In this document: piece after piece, positions 60,020 to 64,000 of the stretch
Numbering within the stretch: the first letter of the stretch is position 1
Layout of the letters: each line of letters starts with the position of its first letter
Source: Octopus sinensis
Taxonomy: Eukaryota
Length of the DNA: 64,000 bases
NCBI RefSeq assembly: GCF_006345805.1
Contig: NC_042999.1
Coordinates: 102,734,001-102,798,000, forward strand
Direction: 5' to 3'
The notes under the pieces: generated by a model
What the model saw: the letters and a program-made list of their open reading frames with translations, nothing else
Told to the model about the DNA's origin: nothing
The model's database searches: none
Translations under genes and position numbers: made by a program

Positions 60020-62900
60020 TCCAGTAGCCGGGTCCTCTCTTAAGCGCACTATCTCCAGTCTACACTTAACCATTCTATGGTAAGTGTAGGACGCCTGAAC
60101 AAGCTGTGGACAACTTAAGCTAGCCTTATCTTTTGCTCTTATAACTATCCTATCTAAGTAAGATTTGAACCATCTGTCGCCACTAATCCAGGTCCACTCT
60201 GGGACGTCCGGATGGTCAAGTCTGTAACGATCTGCTAGCTGAAACCGCCCGCAGGTAGCAAAGTAAATCGTAAGATACTATCAGTTGCTGGTTCTGTTCG
60301 GCTAATCCTGCAGAATCAGCAACCTTTCTCACAGAGACATATTCCGACGTCAGCAAGCAAAGGTTTCGGCGGACGACGGATTTTGGTATCAGTCTCACCA
60401 TCTGGTGAAGACTTAACCCTCCGTCCGCCGGCTGCTATATAAGAAGGAAGATGACGTAGACTCGGGGAGATGAAGCATTCTTCTAGCCCCCACGCGGATG
60501 GCCGTGTCAAGCCTCTCAAGTATTCCTCTTGGCGGCAGTACCTGCACTAGACTATAAAAAAGTCTAGGCAGGTAATATTGCTGGAGCAAGAGGAATTTTT
60601 GTCGGGGTTTCAGCGGAGCCCTGCACATTTTATTTATGTCCAGGGACACCTGCACCACTGAATCTAAACCAAACTACCGACTTGAGATCGAAGTCCACTT
60701 AGGGATGTTTACACATAGATAACATACTCTCTCTCTCTCTCCCGGTTCTACCTTTTAATAGTGACACCATCGATATTCGGCGGGGTGTTCTCATTGACGA
60801 GGTAGGACTTGCCCCAGCCGCAGATAGAGAACCACGCACACTTACCGACATTAAGCCCCAGTCCAACCGCGCGTTAGAACTCCAAGCATCTGTCTATAAG
60901 AGCCTGGAGACCATCGCGCGATTTCGCTTGGATTCAGGGGAGTTACCTGAAGCATGCGTTTGGCGACCATCTTTGAAAATAAACGATATACCGCAGAACA
61001 TATCGTGATTGGTCGCCAATTTGCAAGATCGTATGGGTCGTCTGATCTCTTGGGTATGAGAATCGACTTACCCCGCTTCAGGATATCGGGTATCTTACCC
61101 GCCAGCAACATGCAGTTGCATATATTTGCTAGAACAGCTGGGTCCATCGCTTTAATTTCACCTATGGTGATACCGTCTGGACCCGCCGCTGAGGAGATCT
61201 TCATCTGACGTCTACTTATCTTAATCTCCTCCACGGAGAACGGACTCAAAATGGAGTCGCTCTCAACCTGGGAGGAGGAGGGGTAGTTCTTCAGATCAAC
61301 CTCAGGGCCTGGAGCAGAAAGCCTCCCTTTATAAAACTCCTCTATCGCATAGATTGGAATAGGGCATTCCTGCTCCCTGTTTTCACCTAATACAACTGCA
61401 AGGAGCTTCTTCCTATTCTTTTTAAATAGATCTTGATGGCGGGCGTAAGCATGACGCTTATCCCGTCGCCTAAGTCTAGTGTTTCTATTATTGTTATTAT
61501 TACTATCACTAACTAGATTCCTCCTGTTGGTGGTTACTTCTCTACGCGATTCATATTGCTCCACCCAGTCCTCTACAGTTTTCTCAAATGAGCCCCAAGC
61601 AGCCGCGGTCCCGTCCTCCACGAGTTCCAATAGGGCCTCGGAGAAGACTGCAGACCAACGGGTATGCCCGGGACATGCAGCATCGAGGCAGCGATCCTTC
61701 CAGTCAATACTAGACTGGGGTTCTCCCCCGATTTGTGATTGGGAATTGGTCAAGGACTGCTCTGACCCTTGATGACTCGTACGAGCCTTTTTGGCCAGGT
61801 CAGCCCTTTTCGATCCTACCTGTTTGGCTGTTTTTCCCGGTAAGAATCGTGCAATGGCAGCATTGATCCGCTTTACCCCTGTCTTCTTCAGCTCCGACTC
61901 CTTTTCAACGAGGACCGCTACCTCCTCGTCGGACCAACAGCCCCTGCGTCTTTGGCCTATTGCCTCAGCAGCGGCTGCCCGATCGGCACGTTTTTTCGCA
62001 ATTTGCTCTAAGCGAGCAGCAATCCTGCGGGCATTTGCCACTACAGGATGCTTATGCCGAACGTGCTGCGATCGACCTATAACCGTCAAAAAAGAAAGGC
62101 TGCAGCGGTCACAATCAAGGGAGGCTAGAGCTGGACTAGGGGCAGGCGCTCTAAATGCACTACCATCGCACAGACCTGCGTGACACCTCATAGAGTGGAG
62201 GTACCCGCTTTCCCTATCACATTTACTGCATTTGTATACAGGCTTAATGCCATGTCTACATATTAAGTGCTCCCCCCAATCATGGGGGAGGAGAAGCGCA
62301 GAGGACATAGCGGACAGGCTATGGAGCATGACACGCAGGGAATTGTAAGCGAAAATTCGCTCCCAACTGGAGTGGGGCTTGATACCCCCACTACCTCCAC
62401 TCGATCCATTTCTAAATTAAGAAACCGAATGTCATCGGGGAGGTCCCTATCTCGGTCCGTCTCTAATTCAGAAGACCGGACTTCATCGATGGGGTCATGT
62501 GCTAGGTCCAGTGGGAGTTGATCGCCTCTCACCATCAAGGAATAGTTACTATACTCTAATCTAAAGATATTCTTCTTGTTTTTGTAGTACTTCAGTGTCG
62601 GACGCAAAGTTAAGCGCCCGACACTGGTCTTGTCAGATCCTATTGAGTCACTAGATCTTACTTGCACCGGAGATGACTCATTGTCCCATGCAAGGGAGGG
62701 TCATAGTTAGGCCGACCGCATTTGGGTATTGCGGTCAGCCTGACTTGTGGGCCCCATCCCGAACCCACAGGCCACCAGTTTGTCGGCGCCTGGTTGCCGT
62801 ATGTTTTTTACCTTATTAGTTATTGAAAACATTACTATTCTTTGCGGCATTTTCCTAGGGATCATGACCGAAACGATAAAGTAGAACTTAAAGGAGGCGC
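60020..62900 (-). mobile_element. R2-clade non-LTR element, copy 1 (three zinc fingers, Myb, RT with internal deletion, degraded 3' half)
   Basis: CPLC..H...H, CSKC..H..C and CDRC..H...H fingers; Myb WSDEEV...KTAKQV; AAGPDGIT and WRPITICS; post-YADD GLGLNVGKC; PLKPRQK...YLPRL. Confidence 0.88.
60851..62667 (-). pseudogene. R2 ORF N-terminal half, broken by a 1-nt shift in a C/G run near 62272-62290 and by an RT deletion near 60928
   Basis: ORFs 62263-62667 and 60851-62329 join through the first zinc finger if one G is added. Confidence 0.75.
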
Positions 62901-63479
62901 ACTACCAGCCCCACCGAGAGAGGCAAGCTAAACTACTAAACCTAATCCTAAAGACCTCACGGCCACCCACTCGAGTCTGAGGACAAACAGCAAGCAGCCC
63001 CACCCGGGAACTATTTCCCCCAGGAATATCCTGGGGGACTCGTCTAGACTAAGCAGGGCCTGTGAGTGTATCCACCCCAGACCTAAAGTGGTGCCCAAGA
63101 ACGAGCCACCCTATGACAATAGTCCTACTAAGGAAACCTCAACCGGCGTGTGAGGCGCTAAATCCACACTAAGGGCAAATAAAGAGGATACGGCTAAATT
63201 TCCCATTCACAACAACCGGCTAGACCATTAACATCAAAAGGGCGCCCATCCCTATGGTAGTCACCCCCAAAATGGAGGCAAGAGAAAGGGCCTTCACACT
63301 ATACTGAAACCAGGCAACCGCCTGACTATGTAAATTCTCTGGGTGGTCCCACTATCTTCACAGCCAGTACCCTTCTCCCCGTTTAAAAAAAGAATAGTGA
63401 CGAAAAAAATCATATTACTAAAAGAAACTAAAATTCACTATTTTCCTCACGAGGCAGGGCTTAGTCATGTCCGGTGTTA

Positions 63480-64000
63480 TTTTTATTGATGAAAAGATTT
63501 TCTCAATAGGACTCAACCCCACCGAAGCTAGGCCTTAACGCCTAGCTACCCCTCGCAGTAAAAGTAAAGTAAGGTAAAAAAAAAAAAACACTGCAGGGTC
63601 ACCAACAAACCAGCCTCTCAGTCCAAAAGAAAAAAAAAAACCACTTTAGGACTTCACTGAGGGGGTGTTATGTTGGGGTCGGTGAGGAAATAGGCTTATA
63701 TGTGAGGGCTAATCCCTCAACATATATGTACAAATTAAGGAAGTCCGGCTGAGGAGTCGTTGAAATGATTTATCTTTTATGCCCAAGGCATCTAGTGCAA
63801 GACTCGCTGGCCTGCACCAGGCACCACAGGCACCGATTGGGAGTCCATGCACCTCCACCGGCCAATTAAACTCCTGCAACAGCAATTGTTCAAGTGGACG
63901 GTACTTGTGCATTTTCTCGAGGGCAGCCTCTTTCAAGGCGTCCCCCTGCTCCAATCTGATAGTCACATCGACGACAACCACCTTTTCCGGACGACTAAAG
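63480..64000 (-). mobile_element. R2-clade element, copy 2: restriction-like endonuclease C-terminus and 3' UTR (runs off the window)
   Basis: VVVDVTIRLE...ALEKMHKY...GLPIGACGAW; stop at 63709. Confidence 0.85.

Noticed and set aside
62640-62800. HDV-like or twister ribozyme at the R2 5' end
   Set aside because: A P4-like hairpin followed by CUAA is present, but I could not build P1/P2/P3 with an L3 loop (HDV) or close P4/T1 (twister).

Overview
AT-rich animal genomic DNA, most likely an octopus. That assignment is inferred from SINE and MITE families I recall from Octopus genomes and was not checked by search. The window splits into two domains. (1) 1-39.5 kb: SINE- and microsatellite-rich introns of a plus-strand gene that the ORF track misses. 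Ten small exons (2157-38484) splice in compatible phases into a 271-aa TM2-TM7 7-transmembrane protein (ERY, CWGP and PSQG motifs; TMEM116/GPR157-like). The introns hold two mariner relics, foldback MITEs, a 2.1-kb array of a 31-bp unit, and two different repeats carrying type I hammerhead ribozyme cores. (2) 39.6-64 kb: an almost continuous, mostly minus-strand stack of transposons. It includes a head-to-tail array of seven diverged Tx1-like non-LTR units. Four of them run from ORF1 straight into a shared 3' motif and AATAAA with no ORF2 (HAL1/HeT-A-like). The stack also holds Gypsy fragments, a Penelope-like element with a well-formed hammerhead, a CR1-type LINE, an intact Merlin/IS1595-type transposase ORF, a deleted piggyBac, and two tandem R2-clade elements with no visible rDNA. 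The best candidates for something new are the ORF1-only Tx1 array with its shared cis-signals and the tRNA-headed SINE carrying a hammerhead.
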